Source: Tagaea sp. (GTDB taxonomy: Bacteria > Pseudomonadota > Alphaproteobacteria > CACIAM-22H2). From it: 64,000 bases of DNA. Numbering within the stretch: position 1 is the stretch's first letter; each line of letters opens with the position of its first letter. This document shows positions 1 through 8,478 of the stretch, in pieces. Location: positions 1,696,001 through 1,760,000 of the forward strand of contig CBDIIB010000005.1 in assembly GCA_965279525.1 (NCBI GenBank), read 5' to 3'. Made by a program: the position numbers and the translations under genes. The notes below the pieces were generated by a model, which worked only from the letters and a program-made list of their open reading frames with translations, was not told where the DNA came from and searched no databases.

Positions 1-4
1 GGCG

Positions 5-361
5 TCAGAACTCGACCCGGCCGCCTTCGAGGAAGATCGTCAGCAGCGCTTCGACTTCCTTGTCGGCCGGCGTGCGCAGGTCCCAGGTGCCCGCGACATG
101 GCCTTCGGTCGTGCGCACGATCGTGCCGCGCCCGCGCACCTCGACCGAACCCTTTTCGCTGCGGATGCCGAGCACGATGTCGAACGGCGTGCCGGCCGGC
201 GACCATGGCTTTACGGCCTTCGCGCGCCAGCCGTTGCGGCTCCAGTCGACGATCTCGTAGCCCTCGCCGTCGACAAGCAGGGTGCCGCGCAGGACTCCGA
301 AGCGGGTCTGGCGCCGTTTTTCGTCTGATGTTCCGTCGGTCATGCTGCTTGAATCCGCCAT
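5..361 (-). CDS. PilZ-like c-di-GMP receptor
   Basis: 118 aa with RxxxR (KRRQTR) and DxSxxG (DWSRNG) motifs and a beta-rich remainder. Confidence 0.7.
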   Translation of the reverse strand: MADSSSMTDGTSDEKRRQTRFGVLRGTLLVDGEGYEIVDWSRNGWRAKAVKPWSPAGTPFDIVLGIRSEKGSVEVRGRGTIVRTTEGHVAGTWDLRTPADKEVEALLTIFLEGGRVEF

Positions 362-413
362 TCTGAAGGTGGCGCAAACCTAGCCGATCCGCGCGCCGGG
401 GAAAAGCGGCGCG

Positions 414-1127
414 CTATTCGACGTCGACTTGCGCAAGCCGTGTGGCGACCGTGTAGCGGAACGTGCCCAGCGGCCGGCCGCGATTGCCCAACTCCGGCAC
501 CAGGCGTGCGAGCGTGGCCTGCACTTCGTCGCCGCTGCCGGGCAGCGGGGCGAGGGCCAGCTGGAATCGCGCCCCGCCGGCAGAAAAGGCGAGCGAACCG
601 TCTTGTGCCGCCTCGCTCCCCGGTCCGATCAGGCCGGCAAGATCGATTCCGGGGGCCGCCAAGACGGCGCGTGCAAGTGCCGGCAGCACCGGCTCGAGCA
701 TGCCCATGGGGGCGCGGCGGGCGAATTCGGCCGCCGCATCTGCCGGCCGCATGTCCGAGATCCGCCCCGTCGTCTCGCCGACGAGCCGCAGCCGGCAGAT
801 CGCCCGCCCGCCGCCGTCGGCCCGCCGCAGTTCGATGGTCCGCGTGGTTGCCGGTGCGAACCCGGCTTCGGTCGCCGGAGCGGCGAAGGTCGCGCGATAA
901 CGCGCGCGGCCGATCTGCAGGCGGCGCGGGCTCCCGGACAGTTCCATGCCGTCGACCCGCCAGGCCGGCCCGCCGGCAAGGCGTGAATGGACGCGGTCGA
1001 GATCGACATCGGCCTCGAAATTCGCGCGGATCGCGTCGGCGAGCGTCGCGCACGGCCCGACGGCCGCGAAGGCAGGACCGGCAGACATCAGGACGGCGAA
1101 CAGGACGAAAGGCGTGCCGTGTTTCAC
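414..1127 (-). CDS. Hypothetical exported protein (~237 aa)
   Basis: GTG start overlaps the upstream TGA (GTGA); signal-peptide-like N-terminus VKHGTPFVLFAVLMSAGPAFA. Confidence 0.6.
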   Translation of the reverse strand: MKHGTPFVLFAVLMSAGPAFAAVGPCATLADAIRANFEADVDLDRVHSRLAGGPAWRVDGMELSGSPRRLQIGRARYRATFAAPATEAGFAPATTRTIELRRADGGGRAICRLRLVGETTGRISDMRPADAAAEFARRAPMGMLEPVLPALARAVLAAPGIDLAGLIGPGSEAAQDGSLAFSAGGARFQLALAPLPGSGDEVQATLARLVPELGNRGRPLGTFRYTVATRLAQVDVE

Positions 1128-2053
1128 TTCGGCCGGAACCCGCCCGTGATCGCGTGGATCAGGATCGCCGCCGTCGCCGCGACGTTGAGCGACTGGATCT
1201 TGCCGGTCCCCGGCAGGTTCACGACATGCTCGCACACCGCGAGCGTGGCGGGGGCGAGGCCCACCTCTTCGTTGCCCAGCACGAGGCACACGGGCTTGGG
1301 CCCCGTGGCGAGTTTCTGCATGGGCATCGGCGCACCCGTCCCGATGGCCGTGCCGACGACCGTGTAGAACATGCCGAGCTTGCGCAGCACGTCGGGCAGC
1401 CGGTGGATGCGGTAGACGTCGAGCCACACGAGCCCGCCTTCGGAAACGCGATAGGCGGCCTCGGACGGGGCGGCCTGCCCCGGATGATCGGTGATGGCGA
1501 GATGCGTGAGGCCGAAGAACGCGGCCGTGCGCGCGATGGCGCCCAGATTGTGCGGGTTGCCGATGCCGTCGAGCACGATCAGCGGCTGCCAGCGTGACGC
1601 CCACACGCGCGCCTCGCCCACGTCGAACGGCTTGGCCGGGCGAGGGCTGGTTTCTGCGATGATCCCGCCCGTCAGCGGCGTGCCGGCGATCTTGGCCAGC
1701 GCCTCGGCCGGCACGATGCGGTGCGCGATGTTGCGTTGCGTGGCCTCGCGCAGCAGGGCCGATGCGGCCTGCGCCATGTCGGGGGCGACGATCAGCCGTT
1801 CGACCGATTCCGGTGCGCGCGCGAACAAGGCTTCGACCGCCGGCAGGCCGGCGATGCGCAGGATGTCGCGCCGGTGGCGGCCGTCATGCACGCGCGCGTC
1901 CTGCTGGCGCGCATCTTGCGGACGCCCGCGATTGGGGCCCTCGCGCAGCGGGGCTTCGTCGCGGTTCGGCTGGTCGGACCGGCGATCGGGGGCCCTCGGA
2001 TGGGCCGGGCGGCGGCCCGGGCGCTTGGGCCTGTGCGGGGGCGGGCGGTTCAT
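1124..2053 (-). CDS. SpoU/TrmH-family RNA methyltransferase (YfiF-like)
   Basis: SPOUT motifs LDGIGNPHNLGAIARTA, LVLGNEEVGL, IQSLNVAAT; Arg/Pro-rich N-terminal extension. Confidence 0.9.
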   Translation of the reverse strand: MNRPPPHRPKRPGRRPAHPRAPDRRSDQPNRDEAPLREGPNRGRPQDARQQDARVHDGRHRRDILRIAGLPAVEALFARAPESVERLIVAPDMAQAASALLREATQRNIAHRIVPAEALAKIAGTPLTGGIIAETSPRPAKPFDVGEARVWASRWQPLIVLDGIGNPHNLGAIARTAAFFGLTHLAITDHPGQAAPSEAAYRVSEGGLVWLDVYRIHRLPDVLRKLGMFYTVVGTAIGTGAPMPMQKLATGPKPVCLVLGNEEVGLAPATLAVCEHVVNLPGTGKIQSLNVAATAAILIHAITGGFRPK

Positions 2054-2178
2054 GGCACCGTCCTAGCGCGGAACCGGGACCGTGCGCTACGGGCCTGTCG
2101 TTGCATTGCAGCAGGGATAGCCGTATTTTCCGCGTCCCCTTGGCGCGACTTGGCACCCGAACGGACGGAACGACGAAT

Positions 2179-4068
2179 ATGGACGCGAAACCGGCTCCCG
2201 ACCTCGACCGCATGCGGCATTCGTGCTCGCACGTGCTCGCGGCCGCCGTACTGAAGCTCTTCCCCGACGCGAAGCTGGGCGTGGGCCCGGCGACCGACAC
2301 GGGCTTCTACTACGACATCGAGACGGCCGTGCCGCTGACGACCGAGGACCTGCCGAAGATCGAAGCCGAGATGCGCAAGATCCGCGAGCGCAAGCTGCCG
2401 CTCGTGCGCACCGAAGTGCCGATCGCCGACGCCGTCGCGTTCATGGAGAAGACGGGCCAGACCTACAAGGTCGAACTCCTCGGCCTGCTGGCCACGCGCG
2501 GCTCGACGGCCGCCAAGGGTCTCGAAGACCCCAACCTCGTCGAGGCGGGCGCTTCGGGCGTGACGAGCGTATCGTTCTATGCGCTCGGCGATTTCACCGA
2601 TCTCTGCCGCGGACCGCATGTGGAGCACACGGGCCAGGTGGGTGCGTTCAAGCTCACGAAGCTTGCCGGCGCCTATTGGCGCGGCGATTCGCGCAATCCG
2701 CAGCTCACGCGCGTCTACGGCACCTGCTGGGCCAACGAGCAGGACCTGAAGGCGTATCTCCACCGCGTGGAAGAAGCCGAGAAGCGCGACCATCGCAAGC
2801 TCGGCGCGGCGATGGGCCTGTTCCACCTTCAGGAGGAAGCGCCGGGCACGGTCTTCTGGCACCCGAAGGGCTGGACGCTGTTCCGCACGGTCGAGCGCTA
2901 CATGCGTTCGCGCCTGGAAGCCGACGGCTATGTCGAGGTCAAGACGCCCCAGCTGGTGGACCGCGTGTTCTGGGAGAAATCAGGCCACTGGGCCAACTAC
3001 CGCGACGCGATGTTCATCGCCCGGCCCGGCAAGGAAGGCGAGGAGGAAGACCGTCTCTACGCCATCAAGCCGATGAACTGCCCGGGGGCCGTGCAGATCT
3101 TCCGCGTGGGCCAGCGCAGCTATCGCGAGTTGCCGCTGCGCATGGCCGAGTTCGGTGCCTGCCACCGCTACGAGCCGTCGGGCGCCTTGCACGGCATCAT
3201 GCGCGTGCGCGCCTTCACGCAGGACGACGCGCACATCTTCTGCACCGAGGATCAGGTGCCGGCGGAATCGCAGAAATTCTGCGACCTGCTGCGCGTCATC
3301 TACAAGGATTTCGGCTTTGCCGATCTGGTCGTGAAATTCTCCGACCGGCCCGAGCAGCGCGCCGGATCGGACGAGACGTGGGACAAGGCGGAAACCGCAC
3401 TCGAAAAGGGCGCCGAGGCCGCCGGCCTCGCGACGGTGCGCAATCCGGGCGAGGGGGCGTTCTACGGCCCCAAGCTCGAATTCGTGCTGCGCGACGCCAT
3501 CGGGCGCGACTGGCAGTGCGGCACGCTGCAGGTCGATTTCGTGCTGCCCGAACGTCTCGACGCCGCCTATATCGGCGAGGACGGCAACAAGCATCGTCCG
3601 GTGATGCTGCATCGCGCGATCCTGGGATCGTTCGAGCGCTTCATCGGCATCCTGATCGAGAACTATGCCGGCCGCCTGCCGACCTGGCTGTCGCCGATCC
3701 AGGTCCGCATGGTGCCGATCGCCGACCGGCACGTCGATTTCGCGCGCGACGTGGCGCGTCGCCTGATGGGCTCGGAGTTGCCGCAGACCGACGGCGGCAT
3801 CCGCGTGGATGTCGACGACACGACCGAGCGCATGCAGAAGAAGATCCGCAACGCCCAGCTCGAGCAGATCCCCTACATGCTCGTCGTCGGCGACAAGGAA
3901 GCCGAGATGGGCAAGGTCGCGGTGCGTCTGCGCTCGGGGCGCGATCTCGGGACCATGGCGGTCGAGGACGTGGTCGCGCGCATCCGGGCGGAAGTCGCCA
4001 CGCGGGCCGACATCGTCGACCCGCCGGCACCCGTTCAGCAGGCGCCGAACCAGGCGAAAGCGCCGTAG
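2179..4068 (+). CDS. thrS: Threonine--tRNA ligase lacking the N-terminal TGS domain
   Basis: RHSCSH, DLCRGPH, RDHRKLG, KPMNCP, EGAFYGPK, MLHRAILGSFERF; ATG at 2179. Confidence 0.97.
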   Translation: MDAKPAPDLDRMRHSCSHVLAAAVLKLFPDAKLGVGPATDTGFYYDIETAVPLTTEDLPKIEAEMRKIRERKLPLVRTEVPIADAVAFMEKTGQTYKVELLGLLATRGSTAAKGLEDPNLVEAGASGVTSVSFYALGDFTDLCRGPHVEHTGQVGAFKLTKLAGAYWRGDSRNPQLTRVYGTCWANEQDLKAYLHRVEEAEKRDHRKLGAAMGLFHLQEEAPGTVFWHPKGWTLFRTVERYMRSRLEADGYVEVKTPQLVDRVFWEKSGHWANYRDAMFIARPGKEGEEEDRLYAIKPMNCPGAVQIFRVGQRSYRELPLRMAEFGACHRYEPSGALHGIMRVRAFTQDDAHIFCTEDQVPAESQKFCDLLRVIYKDFGFADLVVKFSDRPEQRAGSDETWDKAETALEKGAEAAGLATVRNPGEGAFYGPKLEFVLRDAIGRDWQCGTLQVDFVLPERLDAAYIGEDGNKHRPVMLHRAILGSFERFIGILIENYAGRLPTWLSPIQVRMVPIADRHVDFARDVARRLMGSELPQTDGGIRVDVDDTTERMQKKIRNAQLEQIPYMLVVGDKEAEMGKVAVRLRSGRDLGTMAVEDVVARIRAEVATRADIVDPPAPVQQAPNQAKAP

Positions 4069-4229
4069 CACGCGTCGAACAGCCCGTTGAGGACCGCGAA
4101 CACGATCAGGTCCAGCACGAGCAGGGCGACGATCAGCGGCACGCCGACGCGCCACGCGAGCAGCGGGATCAGCCGCCATGTCGGCCGCGGGGCGGCGATG
4201 CGCTGTCCGTGCACGGGCTCGTCTTTCAT
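4035..4229 (-). CDS. Small membrane protein (64 aa)
   Basis: ATGA overlap with the upstream GNAT gene; long hydrophobic segment then CYGAFAWFGAC; overlaps the 3' end of thrS convergently. Confidence 0.6.
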   Translation of the reverse strand: MKDEPVHGQRIAAPRPTWRLIPLLAWRVGVPLIVALLVLDLIVFAVLNGLFDACYGAFAWFGAC

Positions 4230-5131
4230 AGATAGGTTCCTGCAAGCGTGCGGGGGACTGCTCCGGTGCCGAGCTTGAAGCGCGCGAGGCCCGGGCTGCG
4301 GTCGGTGTCGATCGTGCCCAGATCCACCTTGCGCACGCCGGCTTCCTTCAGCGCCGTCAGCCCGCGCCACAGCACGAGATTGGCGGCATTGCGCTTGCGC
4401 CCTTCGTCGGTCGCGGCGGCGACGTAGTAGCTGGCATCCGGTCCGTGGCGCACGAAGAGCGCGCCCGCGACCGGCTCGTTACCATCCAGCGCCACGACGG
4501 CAAGCGTGGCGCGCGGCGATTTCAGGCCGGCGATCCGTGCCACGAAATCGCGCGACGGACCTTCGAAGCCCTTCGTCGCGTGCACGTCCTCGTAGCGTGC
4601 GACGACCCAGTCGATCCACTTGCCCTGCTGCGCCGTCTCGACACGAAGGCCCCCGCGCTCGGCGGCGGCAAGCCGGTTGCGCCATTTCTGGTGCAGCCCT
4701 GCACGCAAGGCGGCCTCGTCGCCGGCCGCAAGATCGAGGATCGCGCAGCTGTGGCCGGTATAGACGCGTGCACGCCCCAGCCAGCGCGCCGCGTTGGCCG
4801 GCGTCGCCGCGATCTCGGGGGCGATGAAGCTCAGACGCGCGATGCCGCGCGGGATCGCCGCCAGCAAAGCCGCGGCACCGGCATCGCCGGCGCCCAATGG
4901 AACCGGACCGCGTAGCGCCAGCCACAGCTCGGCGAAACCGAGCCAGCGCCGTCCGACAAGCTGGAGCGCTGCGCATACATTGTCAGGATCCGTCGCGAGC
5001 AGCCGCAACACGGGGCGACCCTGCCAGCGCACCGCGAGGCCATAGTCCCAGTCCTGCTGGAGCGGCCAGAAATCCGCCTGCCGTGCGGCGTTCTCCCAGG
5101 ACCGGCGATCGGGCTCGACAACGATCTGCAT
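4226..5131 (-). CDS. GNAT/FemAB-like acyltransferase
   Basis: PLQQDWDYG, LHQKWRNRL, VAGALFVRHG, DLGTID..PGLARFKLGTG; AAGGAA RBS. Confidence 0.8.
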   Translation of the reverse strand: MQIVVEPDRRSWENAARQADFWPLQQDWDYGLAVRWQGRPVLRLLATDPDNVCAALQLVGRRWLGFAELWLALRGPVPLGAGDAGAAALLAAIPRGIARLSFIAPEIAATPANAARWLGRARVYTGHSCAILDLAAGDEAALRAGLHQKWRNRLAAAERGGLRVETAQQGKWIDWVVARYEDVHATKGFEGPSRDFVARIAGLKSPRATLAVVALDGNEPVAGALFVRHGPDASYYVAAATDEGRKRNAANLVLWRGLTALKEAGVRKVDLGTIDTDRSPGLARFKLGTGAVPRTLAGTYL

Positions 5132-5211
5132 GCCGTTCCTTTTCGGACGCGGCCGGGACAAGGTCAAGCATAGAACACGATAGTATGCTATCGAAGATCG
5201 CTATCGTTCCA

Positions 5212-5226
5212 TTAATTGCACGTAAA
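5212..5226. promoter_or_regulatory. Putative CtrA box
   Basis: TTAA-TTGCACG-TAAA (consensus TTAA-N7-TTAA) between the divergent GNAT gene and paralogue 1. Confidence 0.55.
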
Positions 5227-5276
5227 GATTTGGCCGCTAGGCTCGCCCGTGAGCTCGACAAGCGACGGAGCATGCC

Positions 5277-6269
5277 TTGGCCGAACCTGCGCACGACGAA
5301 GCCGGCGCCGACGCCCTGATGAAGGCGCCGCCGCGCACGGCCGTGGCCCCGCGCCGCTTCGAGTTCGTCCACAAGGTCTTCCAGGTCGAGAACGGCCTGT
5401 TCCAGCCCGATCCTTCGAGCGACGAACCGGTCTACAGCGTCGATCTGGGCGACTTGCGCGCCAACCTTTCCTTTCCCACGCTGCGCGTCTCGTTCGACAT
5501 CGACCCGGACAGCGCCGACTCCCGCCTGCTCGACGAGGTCGCCAAGGCGCTCACGTTCGTCAAGCGCATCCGGCCCGGCGACACGATCCCCAGCGAACTG
5601 CTCGACGGCTCGGCATCCTGGTCGGTCACGCCGCAGTTCCGCGCGATCGCCAAGGGCCGCGTGTGGGTCGGTCTCGTCGCGTGGCTGTCGGGCCAGCGCG
5701 GCGGGCGCGACATCAGCATGATCGAGCTTGCCAAGGTGTCGGAATCGAACGAGGCGAAAGACCACGTGAACATGGCTTTCGGCCGGCTCGCCGAGCATCT
5801 GGGCTACGGGGCCGCCAACAAGGAGATGGTCATCCGGAAGGTCGAGCGGCTGGTCGACGAGCTTTCCTACATCGAGGCGCTGCGCGAGCGCGTCGGGCGC
5901 GCGCGGCGCGTCGTCGAGATCGTCAAGCGGATGCGCAACACCTACAAGCGCGAGAAAAGCGTGCGCGAGGAGATCGAGCGCATCGTGCTGCTGATCGAAC
6001 GGCCGGTCGCCAAGCTCGAGGCGCAGATCACCGAAGTCGACGCCCAGGCCGGCGAGACGTCGAACGCGTTGCGCAACCTGCTGCAGCAGATCGGGTTCAT
6101 CCGCAAGACGCGCGACCGCCTGCATGCCGACCTGATGAAGTGGGACGACATCCTTGCGGCCTGGCAGGACATGGATGCCGAACCCTCGCCGCGCGCGCAA
6201 AAGCTCATCCGCAATACGTACCGCTTCGTCGCAAGATATTTTCCCGCCGAGTCCGAGTGGGTGCGTTGA
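5277..6269 (+). CDS. Unknown protein, tandem paralogue 1
   Basis: 330 aa; GGAG then TTG (alternative ATG 5319); shares PVY[ST]VDLGD, PSELLDG[ST]ASW, EALRERV, MKWD and TYRF with the next two ORFs. Confidence 0.9.
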   Translation: MAEPAHDEAGADALMKAPPRTAVAPRRFEFVHKVFQVENGLFQPDPSSDEPVYSVDLGDLRANLSFPTLRVSFDIDPDSADSRLLDEVAKALTFVKRIRPGDTIPSELLDGSASWSVTPQFRAIAKGRVWVGLVAWLSGQRGGRDISMIELAKVSESNEAKDHVNMAFGRLAEHLGYGAANKEMVIRKVERLVDELSYIEALRERVGRARRVVEIVKRMRNTYKREKSVREEIERIVLLIERPVAKLEAQITEVDAQAGETSNALRNLLQQIGFIRKTRDRLHADLMKWDDILAAWQDMDAEPSPRAQKLIRNTYRFVARYFPAESEWVR

Positions 6270-6297
6270 CGGTTTCGGGAAATCTTGCCGGCATTCG

Positions 6298-6312
6298 TTA
6301 ATCGCCCGGTAA
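6298..6312. promoter_or_regulatory. Putative CtrA box
   Basis: TTAA-TCGCCCG-GTAA (reverse TTAC-N7-TTAAC) upstream of paralogue 2. Confidence 0.55.
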
Positions 6313-6372
6313 GCTCTGCAGCTATAACGTGTTCACAGTCCGTTGGCCGACACCGGTCGATCGGAGGAACGC

Positions 6373-7362
6373 GTGACAGATACCCTGCCGAAAGCACCAC
6401 CTGCCGATCCGTTGAGCGAAGCCCCGCGCGAGGCGTCGCCGCCCCAGCGGTTCGATTTCGCGAACAAGGTCTTCCATGTCGAGAGCGGCGCCTTCCTGAT
6501 CGACGCCACGACCGACGAACCCGTCTATACCGTCGACCTGGGCGACGTGCGCGCCACGCTCACCTTCGCCACGCTGCGCTCGTCGTTCGGCATCGAGAAG
6601 GAACATCCGGACTCGAAACTGCTGGATGAGGTGAAGCGCGCACTTGTCTTCGTGCGCCGCGTGCGCAACGGGGATTCGATGCCGAGCGAGCTGCTCGACG
6701 GTTCGGCGTCGTGGAAGGTCGAAGAACGCCATCGCGTGGTCGCGCGCGGGCGCGTGTGGACCGGGCTCGTGGCGTGGATCTCGGGGGGCAAGTCGGCCGG
6801 CGGCGTCAGCATCGACGAATTCGCGACGATCGCAAACTCCGTCGAGACGCGCACGCGCGTGCAGGCCGCGTTCGGCCAGCTTGCCGACGCACTCGGCTAT
6901 CCGCCGGCGCGGCGCGGCGACGTCGTCGACCAGATCGAGCGGCTGATCGACGAGCTCTCGTTTCTCGAGGCGTTGCGCGAGCGCGTGGGATTGGCCCGGC
7001 GCATCGTCGAGACGCTGCGTGCCTACCGTGTCGCGCTCAAGCGCGAGAAGACCCTCGCCGAGGAGGTCGAGCGCACGATGCTGCTGGCCGAGCGCCCGGT
7101 CGTCGAGCACGAGAAACGGTTGGCGAAGATCGACGCGCAGTCCACGCATGTGCTCGAGATGCTGCGCCGGCTGGCGAATCAGATCGTCCTGATCCGCCAG
7201 ACGCGCGATGCGCTGCATGCCGGGATGATGAAGTGGGATCCGATGCTGGAGGCGTGGGCCGACGCCCCGCCGCAGCCCGGGCCGAACTGTCACCTGTTGA
7301 TCCGCGATACCTACCGGTTCGCGGCCCGGCACTTCCCGGTCCAGCAGGCTTGGAAACGCTGA
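6373..7362 (+). CDS. Unknown protein, tandem paralogue 2
   Basis: GGAGGA then GTG at 6373; same motif set, the most divergent of the three. Confidence 0.9.
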   Translation: MTDTLPKAPPADPLSEAPREASPPQRFDFANKVFHVESGAFLIDATTDEPVYTVDLGDVRATLTFATLRSSFGIEKEHPDSKLLDEVKRALVFVRRVRNGDSMPSELLDGSASWKVEERHRVVARGRVWTGLVAWISGGKSAGGVSIDEFATIANSVETRTRVQAAFGQLADALGYPPARRGDVVDQIERLIDELSFLEALRERVGLARRIVETLRAYRVALKREKTLAEEVERTMLLAERPVVEHEKRLAKIDAQSTHVLEMLRRLANQIVLIRQTRDALHAGMMKWDPMLEAWADAPPQPGPNCHLLIRDTYRFAARHFPVQQAWKR

Positions 7363-7463
7363 TCCGGATGCCGGATTGGCGGTGGCGGCCATAGCAATGT
7401 AGGATGGAGACAATCTAGTGAAATCAGCCCGCCTCGACCGAACGTGCCCACGCGGAGTGCCGA

Positions 7464-8456
7464 TTGACCGAAGTCACGACACAGGCCGGCGAACCCGAAT
7501 CGCTGATGACCGAGGCGCCGCGCGTCGCGGCACCCGTGCGCCGGTTCGAATTCGCGCACAAGGTGTTTAGCGTCTCCGGTGGCTTGTTCCAGATCGATCC
7601 GCAGACCGACGACCCGGTCTACAGCGTCGATCTGGGCGACGTGCGTGCCAACCTCACCTTCGTGGCGCTGCGCGCGGCTTTCGGACTTGCACCCGACGAT
7701 CCGGATTCGAAGCTGCTGGACGAGGTCGGGCGCGGCCTTTCCTTCGTCAAGCGCATCCGGCCGGGCGACACGGTGCCAAGCGAACTGCTGGACGGGACGG
7801 CGTCGTGGACGGTCTCGGACCAGCATCGCGCGATCGCGCGCGGGCGGATCACCGTCGGTCTCATGGCGTGGATGTCGGGCAACCGCAGCACCCAGCAGAT
7901 GAGCATGCTCGAGCTTGCCAAGGTCGCCGAGGATCCGGAGACCAAGGGGCGCGTCCAGGCGGCATTCGCCAAGCTTGCCGACGAGCTGGGGCTGCCGCCC
8001 GACCGCAAGGCCGACGTGGTCGGCCAGATCGACAGGCTCGTCGACGAACTCACCTATATCGAGGCGCTGCGCGAGCGCGTGGCCAAGGCCCGCCGGATCG
8101 TCGAGGTCCTCAAGCGCCTGCGCGCGGTCTACAAGCGCGAACGCGGCGTGCACGACGAGATCGACCGCACGATCGCGTTGGCCGAGCCGCCGGTGGCCAA
8201 GCTCGAATCGCAGATCACCGAGGTCGACGGACAGACCGGCGAGACCGCCAACGCGCTGCGCACGCTGCCGCGCCAGATCGCGTTCATCCGCGAGACGCGC
8301 GACCGCCTGCATGCCCAGCTGATGAAGTGGGACGACATCCTGGTCGCCTGGAACGGCGTGGCCGCCGAGCGTTCGGGCACGGTCCAGCGGCTGGTGCGCG
8401 ACACCTACCGTTTCGTGGCACGCTATTTCCCGGCCGAGTCGGAGTGGGTCCGGTGA
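7464..8456 (+). CDS. Unknown protein, tandem paralogue 3
   Basis: GGAG then TTG; C-terminus TYRFVARYFPAESEWVR identical to paralogue 1. Confidence 0.9.
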   Translation: MTEVTTQAGEPESLMTEAPRVAAPVRRFEFAHKVFSVSGGLFQIDPQTDDPVYSVDLGDVRANLTFVALRAAFGLAPDDPDSKLLDEVGRGLSFVKRIRPGDTVPSELLDGTASWTVSDQHRAIARGRITVGLMAWMSGNRSTQQMSMLELAKVAEDPETKGRVQAAFAKLADELGLPPDRKADVVGQIDRLVDELTYIEALRERVAKARRIVEVLKRLRAVYKRERGVHDEIDRTIALAEPPVAKLESQITEVDGQTGETANALRTLPRQIAFIRETRDRLHAQLMKWDDILVAWNGVAAERSGTVQRLVRDTYRFVARYFPAESEWVR

Positions 8457-8478
8457 GCGGGGACGCGGGGGCGGGCAC

